From contig JBBRSP010000018.1 of NCBI GenBank assembly GCA_038245295.1, forward strand, positions 41,697 through 105,696: a DNA stretch of 64,000 nt, given 5' to 3'. The notes beneath the pieces were generated by a model. The model was not told the origin of the DNA. It saw only the letters and a program-made list of their open reading frames with translations, and searched no databases. How positions within the stretch are numbered: position 1 is the first letter of the stretch; each line of letters begins with the position of its first letter. A program made the position numbers and the translations under genes. The DNA is from Candidatus Binatia bacterium (GTDB lineage: Bacteria > Desulfobacterota > Binatia > HRBIN30). Positions 1 to 9,609 of this stretch are shown one piece after another.

Positions 1-2
1 CA

Positions 3-182
3 TGCGCCGGCGACTGCAACGCCAACCTCAGTGTCACGATCGATGAGCTGGTCATCGGTGTAAACATGGCCCTCGGCAACCGACCGGTGACAGCGTGTTT
101 GCAGTTCGATGGCAACAACGACGGCATGGTGACCATCGACGAACTCCTAGCAGCCGTGAACCGCACGTTGGCGGGCTGCTAA
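3..182 (+). CDS. 3' end of a secreted protein (truncated by window edge) with a C-terminal dockerin/EF-hand-like duplicated domain
   Basis: Frame 3 reads CAGDCNANLSVTIDELVIGVNMALG...CLQFDGNNDGMVTIDELLAAVNRTLAGC then TAA at 180-182; two DxNxx..VTIDEL repeats. Confidence 0.8.
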   Translation, partial: CAGDCNANLSVTIDELVIGVNMALGNRPVTACLQFDGNNDGMVTIDELLAAVNRTLAGC

Positions 183-350
183 TGGACGTGGGGCCGGCAA
201 CTTGTCCGGTAGCGACCGTACGATGTCCCATCTCGTGCCCACACCACCCGCCCCGCCGACCCTCGATACGGTGAACTGTCGTCGCGTCGCCGTTTCAGAT
301 CGCCAGGACGCATGGTGACGGAGTCGACCGAATCGTCGGGGAGAGTGCCT

Positions 351-1185
351 ATGCCGATCATGTTCAACACAATTCTGGCCGCCAATGGATTCACACCTTC
401 CGATGTTCGATTGCTCCGGCATCAAGACACGCGATCGGCAAAAGGGCGCAGCCCCTACGAGCTGTGGCGCGACGACACACCGGAATTCGAGCGCTACCAA
501 TCGATGCAGGGCGAGAACAAGCGCACCGCGCTCAGTGCGAAGTACTGGGCGTCGTTTGTCGGCACGCCCAGCGGCAGCACTCTCTTCGTCGGCATGTACT
601 CGGCGACATACCAGGGGCTCCTGCAGCACGACACACCGAAGGTCCAAATGCCTGGCACGGAGAAAGCCGGCTCCTTGGACGTCTACGCTCTCACCCGGCG
701 GGACGAGCTTTCTGACCTGATCGGTAAGCTCTCCATCGCCTGGGGCGCCGGCGCACGGTCATGGATCCAGCGCGCAGACAAACGGGAGAAACCCGTCGTT
801 GAGCTCCGCCCTGAGTTCAAAGAGCCCGAGTTCCCCGGCTTTCTCTTCTTCATCAAGCAGCTGTCCGAACTGCAGAAGCTGCCGCCGAGCTGGCAGGCGG
901 TGCTGAGCAGCTCCGGCGGCCGTCTACCTCCTGACTTGCCCGAGGACCAAGGAACAGTACGTCGGATCCGCCACGGGTGAGGAAGGCTTCTGGCAACGCT
1001 GGTGCTCGTACACCGCCGATGGCCACGGCTCGAATGTCGGCCTGAAGTCTCGCGACCCCAGCGACTATCAGGTCTCCATCCTGGAAGTCGCCGGCACAGC
1101 CGCCTCGCGAGAAGAGATCATCCAGATGGAGACCCGGTGGAAGCACAAGCTCCAGAGCCGCGAGATGGGGCTCAATAAGAACTGA
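351..1185 (+). pseudogene. GIY-YIG nuclease family protein, frameshifted at ~921
   Basis: ATG 351 with GGGAGAG upstream; removing one C in GGCGGCCGTCTAC joins it to frame 922-1185: GVYLLTCPRTKEQYVGSATG...RW...SILE...ETRWK.KL.SR..GLNKN. Confidence 0.8.
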
Positions 1186-1406
1186 CGACCGTGAGTCAAG
1201 TTACCAAGCCGGTGGGTTGGAGAGTTATGCCGAATTTGTTGCCGCGCGCCCCCTTTCGGCCCTTTGCATCGTGGGGCTGCGGCGTCGACGCCGCGTGACG
1301 AAACCTTACACGCACCAAATCGCCGACGAAAAGCAGCCTCTAAGGCCAGAAATCAGGGTCCTTTGGGGGGCAGGTTCGTGTGAATCCAAACACTTGCGCT
1401 GGTCCG

Positions 1407-1440
1407 ACCCGGCAAACGCCGTCACCCGGCAAACGCCGTC
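1407..1440. repeat. 17-bp perfect tandem duplication (ACCCGGCAAACGCCGTC x2)
   Basis: Read directly at 1407-1423 and 1424-1440. Confidence 0.9.
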
Positions 1441-1700
1441 CTCTTCAGGAGTCAGTCGGTAGGTGCTGGCTTTCCGCACGCCGGACTTCTTGACCAGGCG
1501 GGCTCTGACGTTCTTGGCGAGGAAGCGGTCGATGCGTGTGCGCCGCAGGCCAGAGGCGCTCCAGGATTTTTGACGCGGGTACCGAGGACCGCCTGTCCTT
1601 CTTTTCCGAGTAATTGCTGGTAACCGTAAAGAGCAACAGGGCGGTGAGCGACGAAACGCAGGCAGCCAAGGCGGCGGAGGCGGGGCATCTTCCCCTTTTC
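1441..1700 (-). pseudogene. Degraded winged-helix-like gene fragment
   Basis: Pieces in different minus frames: LLL/LYGYQQLLGKEGQAVLGTRV and SGLRRTRIDRFLAKNVRARLVKKSGVRKASTYRLTPE. Confidence 0.4.
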
Positions 1701-1835
1701 GCACAGTTCTATCCTGGGCTGCGAGCGCCGTTGCTGATGGTGTGCGATGCGGACGGCGTATTGACACACCCTAGGCCGACAAGTGATACCGGTTGGCCTA
1801 GACTGACGTAGGGGGGCCAGAGCAATCGATGCTTT

Positions 1836-4800
1836 GTGCCAAGCCGGGAAGGAACTGGAACCTTGGGCACACAGGGGTATGAGGAACCTGGAGTTTCGAA
1901 CCGAGCACTTATCTTTCCACTTTTCTTGACGCTTTTCTTGGCCTGCGGTTCCTGGCTGCTGCCCAAGCCGGTGCCGGCGGCGTGTAATCTCATCCCCGGA
2001 ACGATCAAGACCTTCAACTCAGCGCTCGGGGCCACGAACCGCCCGTTCGCCGCACCGGGTGAGAGCCTCGAGGTCAAGCTGCGCCCCTGCGATACCGGCT
2101 CTACGGGCATACCGGCGGCGCCCGCCGGTAGCGTTGTTACCGTCGTCTTCACGCCGTCTTCCGGCGCCAAGAACGCGGTCATTCTTACCGCTGCCGCCGA
2201 CTGTTCGGCGATTACGCCACAACTGGCCGCCTGCAATGCGCAGCTAGGCGGTGGAACTGCCACGTGCGTCGCTGCGCCGGCGTCGGGACTGCAGGTCGTC
2301 GATCGCGGCACTGAGCGCTCGCTGCGCTTTGCCTTCCCGGACACCGATTCATTCCTCGGCACACCAACCGACGACGTGACCCTCGCCGGTCCGGCGAAGA
2401 TCGCCATTAGCGCCCCCGGTGCGGCTCTGCCGTGTGGCCTGGCGACGCAGAGCTGCAGCACACAAAGCGGACTCTTGGCATGCATCGATGACTACTACGC
2501 CAACGACGGCAAGTGCGGCACCGGAACGGCACTGGCAACATTCCCCGGCTTTACCGCTTTGCCGCCGCCGAACGACTACCAGGGCGACTGCTTCGACGAT
2601 TCGCCGCCATGCACAGCCAACGCCACCGAAGTGCGCGCCGCCCTCGACAAGGACGGCAACCTGCTGACGCCGTTTCAATGGGGCGGCATCCTGGTGCGTG
2701 ATGCCGGTGTGCCGGTGCCGCGCCTGCTGCAGAGCCGCATCAAGTCGCCCGTGCCGTTCACCCTCGACGATGCCATCTACATCGGCAGTTACACCCCGGA
2801 AGGCGGTCTGCTGCCGCCGATTTTTGAGCCGCAACGTGATCCGACCGTGATGGATCCGAGCACCGTGTCACTGTTCGGCAGCGCCGACGCGCCGTACACG
2901 ATTTTGCGCTTCGCGCGCCATCAGGGAAACTGCAGTGGCGGTGGACGCGATACTCTGGCCTGCTCGAACGACTCCGACTGCCCCGGTGGCAGTTGCGCGA
3001 GCACGGGCAGCAACTTTGATTTCAGCCTGCTGCCGCAAGCGCCGAGCGGCGGTCCGATCGTCTTCACTCGCACCGCAACGGCCGGATTCTGTCAGGAGAA
3101 CGTCGGCATCATGTGCACGATGAACTGCGGCATGGATGGCCCGTGCGTTAACTATGCCTACGAGGCGCACATCCCGGTGCCACTCGAAGGCCTTGCCGCC
3201 AGCAGCACGACACGGGTGTTCAGCATTCGCGAATCAATCGACGGCATCGATCGCAACGGCGATGGCGATACGAACGACACCGTGGTCGTCCTGCGCGACC
3301 GCGCCACTGGCGCCGGCCAGGATCTCGGTTCACCGGCGCAGTGCAGCCTGCCGGGAACGACAACAGGGCGCGCCATCGCGCGCATCTCCGCGCCGCCGTT
3401 CACCTTCCCAGCGGTCGAGGTCGAGAACAACGTCGTGGCGTTTCTCGAATCGGAATCAGCCGAGACCACCGCCTCTATCCGCTGTGATGTCGACGGCGAC
3501 TACGACGTCGCCGATTCCATTCTGCGCGTCGTCAAGCTTGGCGGTAGCGAGATCACCACATCTCTGCCCCAGCAACGCGGCGTCGACCCGTCGCTGGTCG
3601 TCAACGATCGGTCCCTGGCCATCTCAAACGGTAAGGTGTTCTTCCGCAGCTCCGAAGCGGCAATGGCGCAACGCGACACCGAGCTCATCAGCGTCATCCC
3701 CTCGACCGGCAATGCCGGAGGCGTGCCGGTCTTCCCGCAGCTGACGAGTGGAGTATCGGTGACGCCGGATGGACGCTACGTGGCATTTGCCACGAGTGGG
3801 GTCGCGCCCTCGCTCGATCCATCGGTACCCGGCGGCGGCGTATTCGTGCGCGACCGCCAGACCAATACAACCGTGCGCGTCGATGTTGCCAGCGGCCGCG
3901 TCGCCGGTCCCAATGACTTCGGCGAGGGCTTTGCGGCCAAGGCCGGTATGCAGGCCGGGCCGGCCATCTCGGCCGATGGACGGTTCGTCGTGTTCACCAG
4001 CCGCGACAACCTGGCGGCGGGCGATACCAACCCCAACAGTTCGCCGGATGTCTACGTCCATGATCGTGACGCCGACGGCAATGGCACGTTCGACGAGAGC
4101 GGCCCCGGTAAGACGACGACCGAGTTGATCAGCGCGCCGCTGAACCTGTCGTTCCAAAACTCCAGAACCGGTGCGATTTCGGCCGACGGTCGCTTCGTGG
4201 CGTTTGTTCAAGACCTGGATTCGAGTGGCGGCATGGACATGGTCCGCCGCTTCGATCGCTGCCTGAGTTATGGCCAAGCTGTCCCCTCTTGTAGCAGCGG
4301 CCCGGTCGATCTCCTCAACTCACCGACCGACAATTTGAATGTCTCCAGCATCTCACCGGACGGCCGCTATGTGTCGTTCACCAGCTACGCACAGCTGGTC
4401 GCGGGTGACACGAACATCCAGTTGGACGTCTATATCAAGGATATGGAGAGCGGCTCTCTCGATCTCGTCAGCGTGCGCAGCGACGGGTCGCAGCCGACTG
4501 CGGGCAACGCCAATGGTGGGTCTATGTCGGCCGATGGTCGCTTCGTCGCCTTCGTGACAACCAGCTTCGACGTCGTGCCAGGCGACACCAATGGCACTGA
4601 CGACATCTTCGTCCGCGATCGCGTTGCCGGCGTCACCGAACGCGTCAGCGTCACAACGGGCGGGCTGCAGGGCAGCGGATCTTCGGCAGATCCGCACCTG
4701 TCGGCGGACGGTCGCTTCGTCGTTTTCTCCAGCGGTGCCCCCGATCTCGTACCGGATGATTCCAATGCCGCCGCCGATATCTTCGTCCATGATCGCCTGA

Positions 4801-7364
4801 CGGGTACAACCGAGCGCGTCAGCGTCAAGAACGATGGTGCTCAGGCCCCCGACTTCTCCGCGAATTCCCCCTGCACGATCTCTGGTGACGGCCGAACCAT
4901 CGTGTTCGGCACAAGCCACCAGCTCGTTCAGCCTGCAGATTCCAACATCGACTCCGATGTCTACGTGCGCGGCCTGAACCCGAGCGACCCACTCGCCGTC
5001 GATAATCTTCTCTTCCCGAACGGCACGTTGAACGACAGCGTTCTGGAGGTTCTCGACAGCGCGACCAGCACGCTGACCAACTTGTGTCCGGCCACCCAGG
5101 TATCGGTCGCCAACGGTGCGGCGGCATTTCTCCGGCCAGAGTCGACGAGCGGCACCGCCGGCTGCGTAGCGGGTTCGCTGAACAGCGATGCGGACACGAG
5201 CGATGCAGTGGTCCAATATTGGCCGGGCAGCGGCAGCGTACAGAACCTTGGTCGCGCCGCGACCGCCGTCTCGATGTCGTCGTCGTACATCGCGGCCCTC
5301 GTCTCCGAAGCCGGTGAGAACGGCACGATCCTCAACAGCGACTCCGACACCTTTGATTCGGTCGTGCAGATTCATCCGGCCGGTGCCGGCAGCTGGGCCA
5401 ACACCGGTCAGCAAGCCGACATCGTGCGCATGGTGAGTCACTTCGCAGTCTTCATCACGGATGAGGCAGCGCAAGGCGCCGGCCCGCTCAACGGTGACGG
5501 TGACGCGACCGACAAGGTCCTGCAAATCTACGACGCGCTGACCTCGCAACTCGTGCCGTGCTCGCCGATCGTCGGCGCCAACTGCACGGCTGGCGTCCGC
5601 CAGGCGGCTAGCGACTTCGTGATCGGCGACCCAACCGTTACCAGCTGCGGCACGGTCCAGCTCGTCGCCTTCCGCACCTCCGAGGCTGCGCAGGGTGCGA
5701 ATTTGAACGCCACGGCCAACGGCCTTCCGAGCGGCGATAGCGACATGAGCGACGACGTGTTGCAGGTTTATGATCTCGTCAGTGGCACGCTGCAAAACAC
5801 CGGCGAGGCGGTAACGCCGTGTCGCATCCCCGAATGCGATCCGCGTACACCGTACAAAGTCGAAGGCGGCCGCGTCCGCTTCCTCACCACCGAAGCGGAT
5901 CAGGGCAACCGCGATCTGACCGGTGACGGCACCCTCGGGCTGGCGTTGCAGCTCTACGATTTCTGCAACAACGTCACGACGGTTCTCGGCGAAGTGAAGA
6001 AGGACAACGGCGATGCCGACCCGTTGGCTGTCCACGACAGCAGCATCTCGTACGTCGTGCAGGCCGGCCGCTGCATCCTCGACGCGCCGTCACCGTGCGA
6101 TCCCAACAACGATCTCTGCGGTGGCGGTGCCGCGTGTAGCGCCGACAAATGCGCCCTCGGCACTTGCGACCAGAATTCGCTGAAATGTGTGAACGAACCG
6201 GCCACCACTTGCGCCATCGACACTGATTGCAACCGTTGCACTGTTGTCGGTGGGGCGTGTGCCAGCGATGCCAACTGCGCCCGTTGTGTCGTGCACCAAC
6301 CCGGCAGTTGTGCCAGCACTACCGATTGTGGGAGCGGCTCAACGTGTCAGACCGCTCTTATCGTCGCCGCCACGGGGATCGATGATCGTGACGACGACGG
6401 CGTGCCGGATGCGCAGGACAATTGTGTCGACACGCCGAATACCGATCAGGCGGATCTCGATGGCGACGGTGTCGGCGACGCCTGTGATCTGCAAACGTGC
6501 GGCAATGGCGTCATGGAAGCCCCGGAAAGCTGCGACGACGGCAACCAGATCGACGGTGATACCTGTACGCGTCGGTGCGAGACGAACACCAAGGAGATCG
6601 GCGCCTGTCAGCTGGTGCTCGGCACGTCGATGCAGAAGTACTTCCAGGTACGCATCCAAGCCCTGCAGAGCTGCCGTGCGGCGCTCAACAAGGGCAAGCC
6701 GCGATTCTTCGACAAATTGAAGACGATGCCGTTCACCGATCCGGCCTTGTGCGTGAATGAGTACGCGACCGCCACCAAGCTCGCCAAGCGGGCGCTGAGC
6801 ATACGCGCTACGCTGGCCAAGAAATGCAGCGACGCGGCGCTGGACGCCCTCTCGGCCTGTGCGTCGACCGTCGACGGTGTCATCGATGCTCTCGGGACGA
6901 GCGGTTGTCTGCTGACCACGCAGGCGGCGGTGGTGGACACGCTGATCGACGGCGAGTACGGGCGGGCTCTGAACAGCACCGAAACGACGCAGTACGTCTG
7001 CCAGACCACGATCGCCAATGCTGGCCGCGTCTATGCCAAGACACGCCTCAACGCCTTGCGCGTCTGTCGCAATGATCTCAACAAGGGCAAGCCGCGCTTC
7101 TCCGATAAGTTGAAGACGATGGCGATCCACGATCCGGCCCTATGCGTCACCGAATACGGGGTAGCAGGCAAAATCGCCAAAGCGGGCCAAGCGCTGCGCA
7201 ACGTGATCGCCAAGCCAACCAAGTGCACCGACGCGCTGGTGCTGAACCTGGCGTCGACCTGCGCCAATACAATCGACGGCTTGGCCAACGCGACAGGCAC
7301 AGCGGGCTGCCTGGTGACTGACAGCAGCAGCGCGGCGGATACACTGATCGACTCAGCTTATTGA
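1836..7364 (+). CDS. Large secreted Cys-rich multidomain surface protein (Ca-binding propeller, TolB/PD40-like propeller, TSP3 repeats, myxobacterial Cys-rich repeat, duplicated C-terminal domain)
   Basis: 1842-aa ORF; hydrophobic signal-like N-terminus; repeated ISADGRFVAF..S...LV.GDTN...DIFVRD; DDDGVPDAQDNC...DLDGDGVGDACD; CGNGVMEAPESCDDGN; exact start uncertain (GTG 1836 or TTG 1863). Confidence 0.85.
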   Translation: MPSREGTGTLGTQGYEEPGVSNRALIFPLFLTLFLACGSWLLPKPVPAACNLIPGTIKTFNSALGATNRPFAAPGESLEVKLRPCDTGSTGIPAAPAGSVVTVVFTPSSGAKNAVILTAAADCSAITPQLAACNAQLGGGTATCVAAPASGLQVVDRGTERSLRFAFPDTDSFLGTPTDDVTLAGPAKIAISAPGAALPCGLATQSCSTQSGLLACIDDYYANDGKCGTGTALATFPGFTALPPPNDYQGDCFDDSPPCTANATEVRAALDKDGNLLTPFQWGGILVRDAGVPVPRLLQSRIKSPVPFTLDDAIYIGSYTPEGGLLPPIFEPQRDPTVMDPSTVSLFGSADAPYTILRFARHQGNCSGGGRDTLACSNDSDCPGGSCASTGSNFDFSLLPQAPSGGPIVFTRTATAGFCQENVGIMCTMNCGMDGPCVNYAYEAHIPVPLEGLAASSTTRVFSIRESIDGIDRNGDGDTNDTVVVLRDRATGAGQDLGSPAQCSLPGTTTGRAIARISAPPFTFPAVEVENNVVAFLESESAETTASIRCDVDGDYDVADSILRVVKLGGSEITTSLPQQRGVDPSLVVNDRSLAISNGKVFFRSSEAAMAQRDTELISVIPSTGNAGGVPVFPQLTSGVSVTPDGRYVAFATSGVAPSLDPSVPGGGVFVRDRQTNTTVRVDVASGRVAGPNDFGEGFAAKAGMQAGPAISADGRFVVFTSRDNLAAGDTNPNSSPDVYVHDRDADGNGTFDESGPGKTTTELISAPLNLSFQNSRTGAISADGRFVAFVQDLDSSGGMDMVRRFDRCLSYGQAVPSCSSGPVDLLNSPTDNLNVSSISPDGRYVSFTSYAQLVAGDTNIQLDVYIKDMESGSLDLVSVRSDGSQPTAGNANGGSMSADGRFVAFVTTSFDVVPGDTNGTDDIFVRDRVAGVTERVSVTTGGLQGSGSSADPHLSADGRFVVFSSGAPDLVPDDSNAAADIFVHDRLTGTTERVSVKNDGAQAPDFSANSPCTISGDGRTIVFGTSHQLVQPADSNIDSDVYVRGLNPSDPLAVDNLLFPNGTLNDSVLEVLDSATSTLTNLCPATQVSVANGAAAFLRPESTSGTAGCVAGSLNSDADTSDAVVQYWPGSGSVQNLGRAATAVSMSSSYIAALVSEAGENGTILNSDSDTFDSVVQIHPAGAGSWANTGQQADIVRMVSHFAVFITDEAAQGAGPLNGDGDATDKVLQIYDALTSQLVPCSPIVGANCTAGVRQAASDFVIGDPTVTSCGTVQLVAFRTSEAAQGANLNATANGLPSGDSDMSDDVLQVYDLVSGTLQNTGEAVTPCRIPECDPRTPYKVEGGRVRFLTTEADQGNRDLTGDGTLGLALQLYDFCNNVTTVLGEVKKDNGDADPLAVHDSSISYVVQAGRCILDAPSPCDPNNDLCGGGAACSADKCALGTCDQNSLKCVNEPATTCAIDTDCNRCTVVGGACASDANCARCVVHQPGSCASTTDCGSGSTCQTALIVAATGIDDRDDDGVPDAQDNCVDTPNTDQADLDGDGVGDACDLQTCGNGVMEAPESCDDGNQIDGDTCTRRCETNTKEIGACQLVLGTSMQKYFQVRIQALQSCRAALNKGKPRFFDKLKTMPFTDPALCVNEYATATKLAKRALSIRATLAKKCSDAALDALSACASTVDGVIDALGTSGCLLTTQAAVVDTLIDGEYGRALNSTETTQYVCQTTIANAGRVYAKTRLNALRVCRNDLNKGKPRFSDKLKTMAIHDPALCVTEYGVAGKIAKAGQALRNVIAKPTKCTDALVLNLASTCANTIDGLANATGTAGCLVTDSSSAADTLIDSAY

Positions 7365-7530
7365 GGGTAGCCAAGGGGTTTCGCAGACGGGTGCGGGGTT
7401 CAGGGTGCGCGTATTGGGGGTGGCTCGCGTGAGAACGTCTCGCCGGGTCGACACGCACTGAGCGGCTTGCGCGGTTGGCCAGGCACAGGAATACTCCTCC
7501 GAGATTCGACACGGCCGGGAGATCTTGCGC

Positions 7531-8652
7531 ATGCGGCTTACACAGTACCTCTTCCGAATGACCCTCTCGCTGCTCGCGGTGTTGGGTGTGGCAGCTTGGC
7601 TGGCGCCGCGGCTCGAGAGCGCTTTTCTGGCGAACCCGGTCCTGAATGCACTGCTGATTGTCGTCTGGCTGATTGGTGTCGCTTACATCTTCGCACAAAC
7701 GCTGCGGCTCGGTCCCTCGGTCGAATGGGTAAACACCGTGCGACGCAGCCGCGACTCCGCCGGCACAGCCGACGCGCCGCCGCTGATGCGTTCGCTGGCG
7801 CGCCTGATGGCCGATCGCGCGACGCCGCTGTCGCTGACACCGACGGTGATCCGCTCGGTTCTCGATGGCGTCGCTGTACGCCTCGACGAGGGGCGCGAGG
7901 TGGCGCGTTACTTCACCGGCTTGATGATCTTCCTTGGCCTGCTCGGCACCTTCTGGGGTTTGCTGAAAACCGTCGGCTCGGTTGGTGGTGTAGTCAATGG
8001 CCTCTCCCTCACCGCCGATCCGGCCGAGTTGTTCAAGACTCTCAAAGCGGGTTTGGAAGGTCCGCTCACCGGCATGGGCACGGCGTTCAGCTCGTCGCTG
8101 CTCGGGTTGGCCGGATCGCTCGTCCTCGGTTTTCTCGATCTGCAACTCGGTCAGGCGCAGAATCGTTTCTTCATCGATCTCGAGGACTGGCTCTTCGTCT
8201 CGGTGCGCGCCGAACACGGGCAGAGCGCCGAAGCGGCGCCCTCGGCGTATCTGCAGGCACTCATCGAGCAGACGGCCGAGAACATCGATCGCTTTCAGCA
8301 AACGATCCAACAGGCCGAAGATGGGCGTCGTCAGGCGGTGCGGGCAATGCAAGCGCTTGCCGAAGAGGTCGGGGCGCTTGCCGCGTCGCATAGTGGCGAG
8401 CGGGCGCGTCTAGTGCGCGCCGCCGAAGTCGACGCGGCGTTGCTGCAAGTCCTCGGTCGCATCAACAAGGCTCTCGACGCCGGCGAACTCGGCGACACGC
8501 TGGCACCCAACGTGCGCGCCATCGAAGCCGCCGTGCAGCGCATGGCCGATGATCAGACCAGTGGGCGGGCCGAGGCGCTGCGCGAGATCCGCGCCGACAT
8601 CAAGCTCCTGGCGCGCGTGCTCGGGGCAAACATCGACCGCACCCCCGGGTGA
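7531..8652 (+). CDS. MotA/TolQ/ExbB-family proton channel subunit
   Basis: TM helices with FLGLLGTFWGL and GMGTAFSSSLLGL motifs, helical C-terminal tail; GGGAGA upstream of ATG 7531. Confidence 0.85.
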   Translation: MRLTQYLFRMTLSLLAVLGVAAWLAPRLESAFLANPVLNALLIVVWLIGVAYIFAQTLRLGPSVEWVNTVRRSRDSAGTADAPPLMRSLARLMADRATPLSLTPTVIRSVLDGVAVRLDEGREVARYFTGLMIFLGLLGTFWGLLKTVGSVGGVVNGLSLTADPAELFKTLKAGLEGPLTGMGTAFSSSLLGLAGSLVLGFLDLQLGQAQNRFFIDLEDWLFVSVRAEHGQSAEAAPSAYLQALIEQTAENIDRFQQTIQQAEDGRRQAVRAMQALAEEVGALAASHSGERARLVRAAEVDAALLQVLGRINKALDAGELGDTLAPNVRAIEAAVQRMADDQTSGRAEALREIRADIKLLARVLGANIDRTPG

Positions 8653-8655
8653 TGC

Positions 8656-9600
8656 ATGGCCCTGTCGCGCCGCTTCCGCAATCGCAGTGAATTGAACGTC
8701 TGGCCCGGCTGGGTCGACGGCCTGTCGTCGCTGATCATCGTCGTCATCTTCGTGCTGATGGTCTTCGTCGTGGCGCAGGCATTCCTGCAGCAGCTGCTGG
8801 CCGGACGCGACAGGTCGCTTGCCGAGCTCAACCAACGCGTCGCCGAGCTCAATCGACTGCTCGGCAAAGAACACGACAAGAGTGCGGAGCTGAAGACACA
8901 GCTCGACGCCACGACCTCGAAGTTGGCGAGTATCACGGTGGCGCGCGATGACACGGCGCGCACGGCCAGCGCCTCGGCCGCCGAGGTCGAACGTCTGTCG
9001 CAGCAGATCGCCGAGCTGACGACACAGTTACAACGTCTCAACGACGCGCTCGGCGCCGCCGAAGCCAAGACGCAGCAACAGAACACGACAATCGAAGACC
9101 TGACCCGTAAACTGAATGCCGGCCTCGCCGACGAAGTGGCGCAGCTGGCGCGTTATCGTTCCGAGTTCTTCGGGCGATTGCGTGAGGTGCTCGGAGATCG
9201 GCCGGACATCCGCATCGTCGGCGACCGCTTCGTCTTCCAGTCAGAGGTGTTGTTCCCGTCCGGCTCGGCGGCGCTGCAGAAGAGCGGCCAGGAGCGCCTC
9301 GCGAAACTGGCGAATACACTGCTCGGTATCGCCACAACCATTCCGCCCGGCATCCACTGGGTCTTGCGGGTTGACGGCCACACGGATCGCCAACCGATCC
9401 ACACCAGCGAGTTTCCCAACAACTGGGCCCTGTCGACGGCGCGCGCCCGCGCCGTGGTGCAGTTCCTGATCGACAAGGGTGTGCCGCCGAATCGGCTTGC
9501 CGCCACCGGCTTCGCCGAATACCAGCCGGTGGACGACGGCAGCGACAAGGAGTCGTTGGCGCGCAATCGGCGTATCGAGCTCAAGCTCGATCAGCGCTGA
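8656..9600 (+). CDS. MotB/OmpA-family peptidoglycan-binding membrane protein
   Basis: WPGWVDGLSSL TM with conserved Asp, coiled coil, OmpA_C motifs GHTD, NWALSTARA, RNRRIE. Confidence 0.9.
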   Translation: MALSRRFRNRSELNVWPGWVDGLSSLIIVVIFVLMVFVVAQAFLQQLLAGRDRSLAELNQRVAELNRLLGKEHDKSAELKTQLDATTSKLASITVARDDTARTASASAAEVERLSQQIAELTTQLQRLNDALGAAEAKTQQQNTTIEDLTRKLNAGLADEVAQLARYRSEFFGRLREVLGDRPDIRIVGDRFVFQSEVLFPSGSAALQKSGQERLAKLANTLLGIATTIPPGIHWVLRVDGHTDRQPIHTSEFPNNWALSTARARAVVQFLIDKGVPPNRLAATGFAEYQPVDDGSDKESLARNRRIELKLDQR

Positions 9601-9609
9601 CGGATGTGA

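Noticed and set aside
1186..1240. Integron attC site after the nuclease (GTTATGC at ~1224)
   Set aside because: No complementary RYYYAAC box or attC-like stem, no integrase
4353..6035. Long antisense ORFs (also 7147-8391, 10911-12323, 27727-29292, 30583-31965, 48153-49526)
   Set aside because: Shadows of real genes in GC-rich DNA, no motifs
7531..9600. Zorya anti-phage system
   Set aside because: No ZorC/D/E-like genes adjacent and the MotA-like tail is short
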